A stretch of 64,000 nucleotides of DNA from Botryllus schlosseri (Eukaryota), in contig CM119372.1 of assembly GCA_051294905.1 (NCBI GenBank), positions 33,606,001 to 33,670,000 on the forward strand, in the 5' to 3' direction. This document shows, one piece after another, positions 53,716-64,000 of this stretch (position 1 is its first letter; the number at the start of each line of letters is the position of its first letter). The translations under genes were made by a program, and so were the position numbers. Below the pieces are notes generated by a model. That model searched no databases. It saw nothing but the letters and a program-made list of their open reading frames with translations, and was not told the origin of the DNA.

Positions 53716-56700
53716 TTTCGGACCTGATTAAAACACATAAACAGATAGCCGCACCGACCTAACTGTATAGCAGGGCTGTCAAACACAATCCTGACAGCCC
53801 AGACACGGCCCGCCAGATGATTTCATCCGGCCCGTGGAGTCATCTATTGCTAACCCTAGCAAGAAGCAATCACCAGAGCTCACATTACATATGGCCCAAT
53901 TCATGACCTATGTTCCACTTCATTCCTGTATAGTGTATACAGTCGATGGGCAATGCTTTGCTAGTGTGACGTCATATTGACGGCCAATGTGTTACACCTC
54001 ATTTTAAAATCCGCTAGGGGGCGCTAAAGAGTGTCCGGAATTTGCTTCACAAAAATATGGCAACCCTACGCTAGGCCTATTTTCGACCACAAGGCAGCTC
54101 AAAATACAGCGTTTCTGACTCCAAAATGCGCGTTTTCTGAATTTCCGGTCGCTTGTTTATTTATTATATTCCCATATCACCAGCGGGTACTTACACTACT
54201 CATATTCGTCGGTGCAGCAAAACATGTTCACTACAGCAGTATATATCCACCTCTAAACCCAAGGACGACATCGCCTTTACCCCTCAAAGACATGTTTATA
54301 CTGTCACGAGAATAATTATTCTGGCCGTGATGAAAATTTATTAAAAAGATGCGGCAATATTGATCTATTCAATACAAAAAATAAATATTTGGCAAAGAGC
54401 CATATTTTATACCAAGAAGAGCCATATATGGCTCGCGAGCCATAGGTTCCTGACCACTGGTATAGTGGGAAGATATTGGATTTTCCAAAACGTAGGTCTA
54501 CCAGAAAAAGAAATTTCCTTCGTGATGAGGAGAACACGATTAAAAATTACTATTTATATATGGGGTGCATCATTTTCCTCTGCTGGTCCCATCTATACTG
54601 TCGGGCTCATATTGCAAAGGACACTGCTACATAAATATCGAAAAGCAACCCGCACTGAATCGCGCGCAGCGCGAAGACAATTTCAAGAATAATTCAAACC
54701 TCTCATTAATTAGGCAGCTTACTTTGAATAACAACCACAAAATGTTTGAACTGAAATCAATTTCAGCATTTCAAAATGCTTTACTAAGCGTTCTTTCAAA
54801 ATTTCAAATCAGGTCGTTGGTCGCGTGTTGCTGACCCCTGGTTTACACCGTATCCTACACAACTTCTCCGTATTGCTTTACGACTAAAGTACGGTCCTAA
54901 TAATATGGTGGAGGGTGCCATACCATGATATTTTCTGAAACGTGCTGTTCGAGAAAACAGAGGATTAGGATCGCATTTCCATGTCAAAACTATCATTTTC
55001 ATCCCATGATGCGAACGGATGCTTATGCTGTTGAAAATAGGATACCTCCAGGTATGCATCAATATAAATCAAGCTGGGCACAGTTCGCATAGCTCAATTT
55101 GAACGTTTTCACAATCCATGGGAACGAATTAGGATCGAGTAGGATGAGTCAATTCTGCTTCTACTTCAAGTAGTTTTAGGTTGCTTATCGGAGAAGTACT
55201 TCTACTCGTACTTGAGTAGATTTTTTCCTCGCTACTTCCACTTCTACTTGAGTAGTTTTCTTGACTACATTGACCCCCTCTCTGTATACTTGCTTCCGAT
55301 AATACTTTAACACGTTTAACACGTTATAACATTAACACGTTATACAGTAGCCAATACCACAATCGCACGGATTTGGTTTTTATGATACGATAAGCATGCA
55401 AAATAAAGATCGATCCCATACGCCTGTTAGATTTTTTACAGTAGACAGCGATGTATTCTTGATATCAACTTCATTGATTGGAGGAATGAGAAGGATGATT
55501 TGCTGACTGACAGGTTGTAACCAAGTTAGAAAGCTCCGAGTAGGAAAGTCAATCTTACTTGTATGGTTTTGACTCGAGTCAAGTCGAATCATTTTCAATT
55601 CACCGCCGAGTCAAGTCCGAGTCCAAGTCAGTGAGTAGAGGGTCGAGTCCGAGTCATGGTATTATGACTCGAGGCCGAGTCCAAGTCACTGTGTTGACTG
55701 CTCAGTTTCCGGTCAAAGTCTTGTTAAAACCTCTTTTTATAACTCCGTTTGTTGATATCGAATGGTTCGCATTTATAATATACTAATTTTCCTCACTTTT
55801 AGCAGTTTCTGGTCGCATTTTCAAGTACCAGTACCAATAGACGAAATCCTAATAGTATTGTTACTTCACTATTCTTCGAAGTTACAATGAAATGTCGGTC
55901 TTGGCCGCCCGAGTCTCCAGTCATATGACTTGGTTCGAGTCATACGCAATTACTCGAGTCCAAGTCGAGTCAATACACAGATTGATTCCAGTCGAGTCAT
56001 TTTCGTATTTTAAGAAAATGACTCGAGTCAAGTCGAGTCATTAGAAAATCGTGACTCGAGTCGAGTCATGACTCGAGTCATTACCACCCTGCTGAGTACC
56101 TACATGTAGCGTATTCCGCTCTTGGTGATGTGTGACTGCGGGTCATGCTCAAAGTAGAGAGTCACTAAATATTCACAAACGGAAAGGTGGATATTTCAAG
56201 CAAACTATTGTGTCAAAGCAAGGAAAATATTTGAGATTGGCAGGGTGCATGCTCGATTAGTGTTGATTTTTTTTTATATTGCCAGCATCATGCATAGTGG
56301 CCCGAAGTAGAAAAGCAAAGAATTTCAACCAATAATGTTATGATGTGAAAAATTGTAACATATGATTAAGGTTCACAGCCCTGAACCTACGAAGGTTCGT
56401 TTGTGAACGTGAGCCTCTAAATTTCCGACGTTCAGACACAGAACGCGAACGTGAACCTCATGTTCACACCGTACTAAATTCTAATTCATAGTGTAGCCAG
56501 AGTAACCTACGACTGGTGGTAGTGGGCAATTAGCAAGATAACACGACAAGGTGCTTGGTTCGACTTGAAAACGCTTGTTTTCTCGATATTATCGAAGAGA
56601 ATATTATTATTCGAATTGACGTGGTCGGTTAAATACATGGCGTTAGGCGCCAAAGACCGTAACGGCTCTCGGCTCTAAGGGCAATATTAACTAGACTCTG

Positions 56701-57447
56701 CAAACCCACTACGGTATATTCAGATGGATGTATCATGATTATATTCAATTACGATCAAACCCCTCAAAACGGCCCTCTCTAGCATTATATACTTGCATAA
56801 AACAATTGCATACTCCACGTTTTGAGTTGATTTTAATTTTTGAAAGTTCACCGGTTCGCCGAATACTTTTTGAAATTTTACCGGTCCGCGAGGTGAAAAG
56901 GTTGTGATTCACTGTGACAGACTAAAAAGTCAATCTGCTTCACGACTAGACTTCTATGTCGGTTTCACATTGGGGCGGAAATGGGCACCCACACAAAAAT
57001 CAAGAACTGCCATGACACTATTGCGCGCAAGCACGATGGAATATCCAATTTGAATAAACCTGACCAAAAAGTGCTGTACGTTACGTTAATTCACGTAATC
57101 TTCTCCGAATACAAGTTACCCATACATTACGTACGAGATTTCTTATCCCTCTCAAATATTAATACACGGACCACTCAGAACCTTCTCGTGGGTCACGTAC
57201 CTGCAACCTATTGTCTGTATATATAACTCTACATCGAATTCGTAACGACATTTCTCATTGCAGCTGCAGCCCCCGTCTTCAACCATCCTTCATATTTGAA
57301 AATCACGAACTACCTGGCAACGTCGGATGTCACATATTTATATTTCGAAGGTAAACAGATAACGAATATATTGTCTCCTGACCAAATTTCAAGCTTTTTG
57401 TGGATATTGGATAACCGAAATTTACTAACGGAATAGATTGGTTATTT

Positions 57448-58446
57448 TCAGACCTTTCCGTAGTGTTTCCTAATCCTCAGAGACTGACAAAGATACGGCC
57501 TATCATCACATGAGGCGACCCTTTCCCACAACTTGTGCTCAGTGAATTTGGTCAATTCCTCGACAGCAATTGTAAGATTGTCGTTCAGTCCCACTCGCCC
57601 GACATCATGGAAAAAAGGATGATCCAACGCCTGTGCGGCGGTAATGCGCTTATTAGGATCGAAAAACAGCATTTTCGTCACCAAGTCCCTAGCCCATCTG
57701 GATATGAGCTTCCAAGCAGGGGTGAGGGAAAATGGGCGTTCACGCGTGTTATGGATGAAAGGGTGTGATCCGGTCAGCAAATTGTAAAGGATGCAGCCGC
57801 ACGCGAATAAGTCGACTCGATAGCAGTATACATCCACCCATGTTATTTCCGGGGCTCTGTAACCCGCCGTACCAACGATTCCGTAGCAGCCCGCGTCGTG
57901 CTTTGCATATAACGCCAAGCTAAAGCCAACCAGCTTCACAGATCCACTATTAGTGAGGAACAAGTTCGGGGGTATCACGTTTCTGTGAATGATTTTCTTT
58001 TCGTGGCAGTATCGCAGTCCGTTCAAGATATCGCGCATGTATCCAACCACATCTTTTTCGCAGTGCGAACCGCCGTATTTGCCAGTAACAGATGGATATA
58101 GGTCGGCTCCATATAGCCGTTCAAACACCTGGAAATGTTGCGCTTGCTCCGTGAAACTCGTGATGAACAACACAATATTTGAATGAAGACCCAGCTTCGA
58201 TAATATTTTCTTTTCTTCAGCGAACTCCCACTTGTGTTTCTCGGCGTACTTCCATGTCTGTCTCACTGGCATTTTATGTTTTTGCCTCACTTTCACGGCA
58301 TATGCATTTGCGCTGCCTTTACAAAGGTATACTTTCACAAACGACCATGTGCCTCTACCAATCACCTCGAACGAGTCCCTGTAGAAATCGGTAATAGCCT
58401 CCGGGCGTTCGTCGGAATTCCGCGAACAGCCTGCCCCGCAAATCAT
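57448..58446 (-). CDS. Intronless CASK/CaMKII-like pseudokinase (332 aa)
   Basis: Full kinase fold (IGRGTWS, YAVK, VFERLYGADL, YRAPE, DLFACG, RITAAQALDHPFF), but the catalytic loop is HRNVIPPN and DFG is replaced by GFS. ORF uninterrupted. Confidence 0.9.
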   Translation of the reverse strand: MICGAGCSRNSDERPEAITDFYRDSFEVIGRGTWSFVKVYLCKGSANAYAVKVRQKHKMPVRQTWKYAEKHKWEFAEEKKILSKLGLHSNIVLFITSFTEQAQHFQVFERLYGADLYPSVTGKYGGSHCEKDVVGYMRDILNGLRYCHEKKIIHRNVIPPNLFLTNSGSVKLVGFSLALYAKHDAGCYGIVGTAGYRAPEITWVDVYCYRVDLFACGCILYNLLTGSHPFIHNTRERPFSLTPAWKLISRWARDLVTKMLFFDPNKRITAAQALDHPFFHDVGRVGLNDNLTIAVEELTKFTEHKLWERVASCDDRPYLCQSLRIRKHYGKV

Positions 58447-58849
58447 CTTAATAGCAGTGACGAGAACACAATCGAAACGCAGACAAACGAAACATACAGA
58501 GCCAAGATCTCATGCGAAATGAATAAGTTGGTAGCGGAATCGAGCTAGACTGCACACTGTCTCAGATCAGCAATCTGCGGTGATTATTACCATGGCGTAG
58601 GCTAATTTTCCACCGGAATTTAAATGTGCTCGAGGAACTCGCTAGTTGCACAGCGTTCGTCCGTGGAAACCAAGGTAAGGGCACTATGGAAAAGGCTTGT
58701 TTAACGAAGTATACGGCTTGAAGCCAGAAGTTCGCTACCTTGCTTCTGATTGGTCAGAATTTGTTGTTCTTAGTGATGACTGACAGCGTCGTCGTCAATA
58801 GAGATATGATATTCTTTCTCGCCTGTACCATCGAGATGCTTTGGCGACA

Positions 58850-59010
58850 GAGTTGCGATACGGCCCCATGAGGTCATCTAGCCTGCGCCCCCGTTTTTTT
58901 TTCTCCTCCATGCTATCCGTGATTGCTGAGCGCCTAGCAGGATAGCTGCGAATACCATTTTTCGAGTCTTTGGTCTCGAGAAGCCGGACGCATAACCATT
59001 ACACTATCTC
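58850..59010 (-). mobile_element. Possible tRNA-derived SINE fragment
   Basis: Minus strand has an A-box-like TAGTGTAATGG followed by ACCAAAGACT..AAAAATGGTATTC..CCTGCT; no B-box. Confidence 0.35.
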
Positions 59011-59633
59011 GCTCAAGGGCATGCTGACTGCGCTATACACTGTAAAAAATAATCATGGGTGTACCCATAGTCTAGACCTGGTCCCACCTGAGTCATGTTG
59101 ACATGGAAAAGGCCCATGATAACTTGTCGACATCCATGTTCCTACCCATGTCCTAATATTGCCTCAAATTGACCTTTCACCTCTACTAATGTACACATAC
59201 CCTGTGGTTAGATGTATTTAGCTGTATTTGACATCTGGAATGTTTGCAAGAGAATCTGCGAAAAGTTCAATGAACTCGCTGACGCTGGCGCAAACTTGAT
59301 GTTGAAACGCAATATGCTAGTCCAGAGGGAGTGTAGACAAAAATATTGAAACAATGTTTTGCAACCGTTTCAAAGTTCCAGACTTTGTCAGGATGAGTCT
59401 GTTTGGTTATAACCTGAGATATAACATTCTATCGGTTGCAGTAACATCACCCCAGCAGGAGAAATACCATACTTTTCGGGAATTTCCAGAGTTATTTTTA
59501 ATTCTAAATGTTACCTGTATCGTAAATAGGGATATTATTAGTAAGACACTTATAATTTGTTGTTATCCACTATGTAGCTCTTGGAGGTACAAAACTTCAA
59601 TTCACAATTTATTGGTATATTCTTATTGAAATA

Positions 59634-59669
59634 TACCCGAATCTTTTAGTCATACACTCTTCAGGGGTA
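59634..59669 (-). ncRNA. Degenerate hammerhead motif in a solo Penelope pLTR fragment
   Basis: Minus strand TACCC-CTGAAGA-GTGTATGAC-TAAA-AGAT-TC-GGGTA; flanks resemble 28270-28380; GAAA is mutated to TAAA. Confidence 0.55.
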
Positions 59670-59818
59670 ATTGTCAGCGAAGAGAAGGGTAGTGTAGAAC
59701 CCTGAGAAAACTCCAGGCATTGTCAGGATAAATTTGTTAGGTTATTCGTCGTGATATTACCTAATATACAGTATAATATTATTTCGATTGCAGTAATATT
59801 GGAAGCTATTCGTAATTC

Positions 59819-62445
59819 ATGGATTCAGCGGTAGTCACCCTAGCAGGAGCGTTATCATTCTTTTCTGAAGACCTGGCTGTAATTGGAAAAGCAGAGTTGA
59901 AAATCAAATCCAATCATGTTATCTCGCTGAAGATAAAAGACTTTCAGATTATTGCAAAGATCAGAGCATCTTGGAAAGACGCTGTTTACAAAGTCACCAT
60001 CAATTTAGATGGAACTAGGGGCATTAGTAGTGCAACGTGTGAATGCCCGCGGGGCAATTGGATTTGCAGCCACATGGCCACAGTTGCGATCTATGTCAAC
60101 AAAAATGGCATGTCTAAAACCGATCTGCCAAATTCGTGGATTACACACCCAAGAAGGGCATGTGAAGAAATCGTACAGCCTATGAAAGAGTTATTTCCTT
60201 CATCCAAAAAATGTTACAGTGCCTTGCCAAGAAAATTTGACATGGAAGATAGAAAATCCTTCCAAACACTTATAATGAAAGCTGACACTACGTGCCCAAT
60301 AAAATGGATTACAGGTCTGGAGCCACCATCACATGTATCTTCATTTGTCAGCATAACAGAAAATATATCTGATCTCTTTACACCAGGGGTTCTCAACCCG
60401 CGGCCCGCAGACGTTCTTTTTGCGGCCCGCGACATCTCTCATCATGAACGCAATTATTAGGGGGACGGTATTGTAACATATCAATTTAGCTACTTGACTC
60501 TCTTATCGCACCGTCTTTGTTTCATTTGATTACTCATTCTTTGATGTGTTCTGGATTCTTGATATACGCTCGAGTTTAGATTGTTCTTGTTTTGAATCGC
60601 TATTCGGCTGGACTCTGGTTCAAGGGGACCCCGCTTCGTAGTAGGCCTATACTTTTATAGAGTGTTTCACTCACCGCGAATGATTTGAACAGAAACAAGA
60701 AAAGGGAACGGGACATTAAACGTCGAAAACTGGGTTTGTAACTCTGCGCGCAACAATGAATTTGCTTTCTCGGATATAAACGGAAACCAATGTGTCATAT
60801 TTGTCGAAGAACACTTGTAGTACAGAAGGGTTGAAGCTTACAATGACACCAAGACAGTTTCTTCTGGAGTTATACATATCACCTGATCTTAGAAAAAACG
60901 CTACTACCTAGGTGTCAAACCAAGCAATTCAAATTTCAAGACATTGTTAAAATTGCTGACGACGTTGCAGGCGCATCGTTCAAAATTGATTGGAATAACC
61001 CTAAACCGAAGAAATCTGCTAGAGAAGGTGTATTTCAATTAAACTTTAATATACTGTGGGAATATTCGCTGTTTCCTGCGCTTAGCGCCAAGGACAACAT
61101 CACCTGAAAAATTTCGACGCTACAGTTGTCTGATTCAACCGTGACGAGACGAGTAACAGCAATGTCAGTCGATCTTTTACCGCATGTTCTGAAACACGTT
61201 GCCGCGGAGACTACTCTAGCCTCGCATTGGACTAATCCACTGGCTCCACATACATTACATAGCTAATTATCTGGGTACATTTATCAGAGGAAGCATATTT
61301 GCAGACGAGATGCTGGCGGGGCAAAAGTGGGGAGGGACCAGCGAAAAACATCAACTTGATAGAGCTGACTTTTGTAACTATGGAATGAAAGGAGAAGGGT
61401 TGATTGGTTTGCTCAGAAATGACACCGAACGCCAGACTTCTTCTCATATATTTGCGAGCTTAAAGTGATAATTGCCTCATTACCGAAAAAGTGACAGTAA
61501 TTTAATGCTTGCTCGTTCACGCATTGAAACAGAGAGTTTGGTTCTCTAGTGGAAGAGTTCGAAGGTGCATATAACGACTTGCACGCTCCATGAATGCAAT
61601 GCACGCTCCATGAAGGGACTTACTTGCGCCGCTTGAAGATACTTATTCTCACAAAAAAACAGCAACTGCAAACTTACGAACGCCGTCCATCAATGCTTTA
61701 GAATTCATAAAAATGTCCTAAATGCCCGTATACGATTGGTATATAGGCTACAGAAGCCCAAATTTATTAGTAGCCCAAAAATACATAGTAATAATGTTCT
61801 GCGGCCCGCAGCGTCATTAACTGTTGAAATGCGGGTCGAATGCGCAGTTACAGACTGACTGGAAGCAACTTTGGACGGGTGATAAAAGCTTTCGACAGAC
61901 ATGGTTGCTCTGGTGTCTACCCCGAGTCCCTATTCAAAACGCTTTGTGGTGAATATAATTTATCTTGCAAAAGTGCAATACTGTGGGGTCAGATGCATGA
62001 GGATGTCGCGATAAAAGCATATGAAGATTACACCGGCAACTCTATTATGAAGGTTGGATTGCTTCTATTCCCTTGTGGTTATCTTGGGTGCAGCCCAGAT
62101 GGAATTATAAGCACTTCTAGTGGCGAAAGAGGGCTATTAGAAATCAAGTGTCCATGGATTCACCGCAATAAAACTTTTGATGATATAATGTTTGAGAAAC
62201 GTGGAAGAGATACTTCTCCACATTTGGATCAATGTGGTTCATTGAAAATCAACCATGAATATTGGCATCAAATCCTGGCCGGAATGGAAGCAGCCAAGAC
62301 TTCATGAGGTCATTTTGTATTATGGACCACAAAAGATATCCACATCATAAAGGCGGCAAAGGACAATCGTTGGGGCGAAACCAACTTCCCCAAGTTGACT
62401 GATTTTTATTTGAATTCGTTTCTGCCTCATTTTACTGCTAAATAA
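59819..62445 (+). pseudogene. SWIM zinc finger + YqaJ (lambda-exonuclease-like) gene of an ISL2EU-type transposon, split by a hAT insertion
   Basis: CECPRGNWICSH (SWIM) in 59819-60383. RLTGSNFG, WGQMHE, LGCSPDG, LEIKCP, HEYWHQ in 61840-62307. Reads through a TGA to FVLWT..KLTDFY..* at 62445. Confidence 0.88.
60384..61835 (+). mobile_element. hAT (Charlie/SPIN-like) deletion derivative, right TIR lost
   Basis: Left TIR CAGGGGTTCTCAACC and GCGGCCCGC motifs; remnant motifs KPMCHIC, LSDSTVTRRVTAMS (~61126) and SLALD*ST. Confidence 0.8.
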
Positions 62446-62719
62446 GTTTTATAAAAACATCCATTGCAGGGATACGTATAATATATTTTGTGTGCTTCTT
62501 ATCAACAGTAATCGGCACATTGAAGGGTTTCAAATATATTCAAAAAGTAAAGTATGTACCAATAAAATTACACACCATGAAGTTCGCACTGTAACAACAC
62601 ACTTTGAATTAGCATATAGGCCTACGGTAGAATAATGACAACGCAATCAAGAAAGAAAAACTGCAGTGTCTCAATCCTTTCCAAATCCAAGCACTATGAT
62701 TATTTTGAATTAAAAAAAT

Positions 62720-63503
62720 CTATATCTGCGCTGGCTCATTCGAGTTTAGGTATCGATCAAATACGCCATCAATAGTTGGAGACTGAAAATTTACTAAAGC
62801 TCAACATAATTGTACTAGCTGATCGACAAATGGTCTCTTCTTACTAGCTAAAATTTTGTAATTACGGATTCTTTCTATTGCTCTCTCCACGTGTATTCGA
62901 CAACTTGCTATCTTTTTGCAGGACCTCGCCTCAGTCTCAGTAAATTGCCTTTTTCCAGCTAGAAATGGTAGAAGATTCAAGGACACTCCACTTGGCATCA
63001 ATTCATGAATAAGAAATCCTTTGTCGGCCAGAACTAAATCCCCAGCCTGTTATAAAGAAGTATAATATCATCCAGGGTTGTAACTTGTAAGTATCAAAGT
63101 CACAAGGAGTGCTATCACACCATGAGACTTCGATCGGGTCATGTCTAATTTCTTGATCTATAATACTTGGTCCGAGTCGAGTCAATGAAAACAATGACAA
63201 AAGTCTATTCACTAGAAAAATTGTTACTCAAGTCATTACAAGCCTGATAATTATCATCTTATAATAGGTTTACCACTGATTCTAATGCTGATACAGACCT
63301 GAAAATGTCGTAAAACCCCTGACAGCTTGGTAATCATTTTATCACTGGTACTGCCAGGGTAGGCCTATCCATCACTGATGTAAGTTATTGCTCCATTCGG
63401 AGCTACTCCAATAAGGTATTTAGCTGTCAGTCACTTTTTGTAGTTGCTAAAACTTGAACAAGCTGCTTCAAGATCTTGTCTTGGAGTCTCTATAAAAAAT
63501 TCG
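62720..63503 (-). pseudogene. PIF/Harbinger (ISL2EU-type, DDE_Tnp_4) transposase, C-terminal part
   Basis: EFFIETP..FSNYKK*LTAKYLIGVAPNGAITYISDG..YPGSTSDK; GT-AG intron 63298-63047; then GDLVLADKGFLI..PFL..QFT..IASCRIHVERAIERIRNYKIL..C*ALVNFQSP. Confidence 0.9.
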
Positions 63504-63509
63504 AGACGG

Positions 63510-63750
63510 ACTCTCAGCATTCCCGTGGCCACTTACTGGCCACGGATAATTTCGTGGCCGGCCACAGATATTCCGTGGCCGGCCATGAAAAGTGCTATTC
63601 TATGGCCGGCCATGGTGATTTTCATGGCCGGCCATGAAATTTCGGTATGGCCGGCCATGAAATATCCATGGCCGGCCATGTCAAACTCATTCTTCTGGCC
63701 GGCCATGACTGAATTTCATGGCCGGCCATAGCCAAATTTCATGGCCGGCT
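63510..63750. repeat. Array of TGGCCGGCCATG motifs (subterminal repeats of an element truncating the transposase)
   Basis: About ten GGCCGGCCA motifs spaced ~22-30 bp, starting ACTCTCAG immediately where the transposase homology stops. Confidence 0.8.
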
Positions 63751-64000
63751 ACAATATATCAAGTTAGTATTGATGATCAGCACTGTACGTGACCCAATCG
63801 TGCTCAAATGTATGATCAATTATGTTCTATTATGGGCGTTTAGTAAATAGAACTAGGTGAGAGCGAGAGTTTAGCTCAGTCTATAAGCATTTTTACCCGA
63901 AATACCGGAAGAATAGCGATACAAAAAACGATAGGAAGAAGTCGAAACGATCCGGCCTAGTCTCTATATATCAATTAAAAACACACAAAATGATGTAAAG

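Larger units (their letters stand above)
51041..54068. mobile_element. hAT (Blackjack-like) element with nested MITEs
   Basis: TIR TAGGGTTGCCATA / TATGGCAACCCTA; TSD CGCTAGGC; TCCGG motifs. Related left end at ~37240. Confidence 0.9.
46833..54200 (-). mobile_element. Inverted relative of the 9373-12900 repeat, ending in ACTACT and interrupted by MITEs
   Basis: 46833-47280 matches the reverse complement of 12230-12722; 49520-49740 matches rc 11640-11900; 50360-50930 matches rc 10440-11300. Host direct repeats continue across the 51041-54068 insertion to TACACTACT (54200). Confidence 0.55.

Noticed and set aside
9373..54200. Single 45-kb giant transposon that captured kinase genes
   Set aside because: Terminal sequences diverge after ~9 bp, there is no TSD, and a third paralogue lies outside; kept only as a weaker hypothesis.
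63510..63750. CRISPR-like repeat/spacer pattern
   Set aside because: Repeats are ~12 bp, linkers are short and related to each other, the context is eukaryotic, and there are no cas genes; the nearby YqaJ is a transposon gene, not Cas4.

Overview
Eukaryotic, AT-rich, almost certainly invertebrate animal DNA; the species cannot be determined from the sequence. Most of the window is deeply nested transposon debris: about 20 hAT-type MITEs with TIRs and 8-bp TSDs; a decayed Kolobok element (TTAA TSD, THAP and KolX remnants); one Penelope-like retroelement broken up over ~9 kb plus other Penelope ends, carrying four minimal hammerhead-ribozyme motifs; an L2/CR1 3' end; a decayed ISL2EU-type PIF/Harbinger element (SWIM-YqaJ exonuclease plus DDE_Tnp_4 transposase); and two inverted relatives of a long repeat with Polinton-like AGTAGT termini. 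The only host genes are three co-oriented (minus strand), apparently intronless, stand-alone CASK/CaMKII-like kinase paralogues. One has canonical catalytic motifs (38790-39800), one is an intact pseudokinase (57448-58446), and one is a pseudokinase with a single in-frame stop (26527-27531). Comparing paralogous repeat copies also shows TA->TAGGCCTA micro-insertions and a 26-bp hairpin insertion with a 7-bp TSD. Family assignments rest on motif recognition by eye, not database searches.
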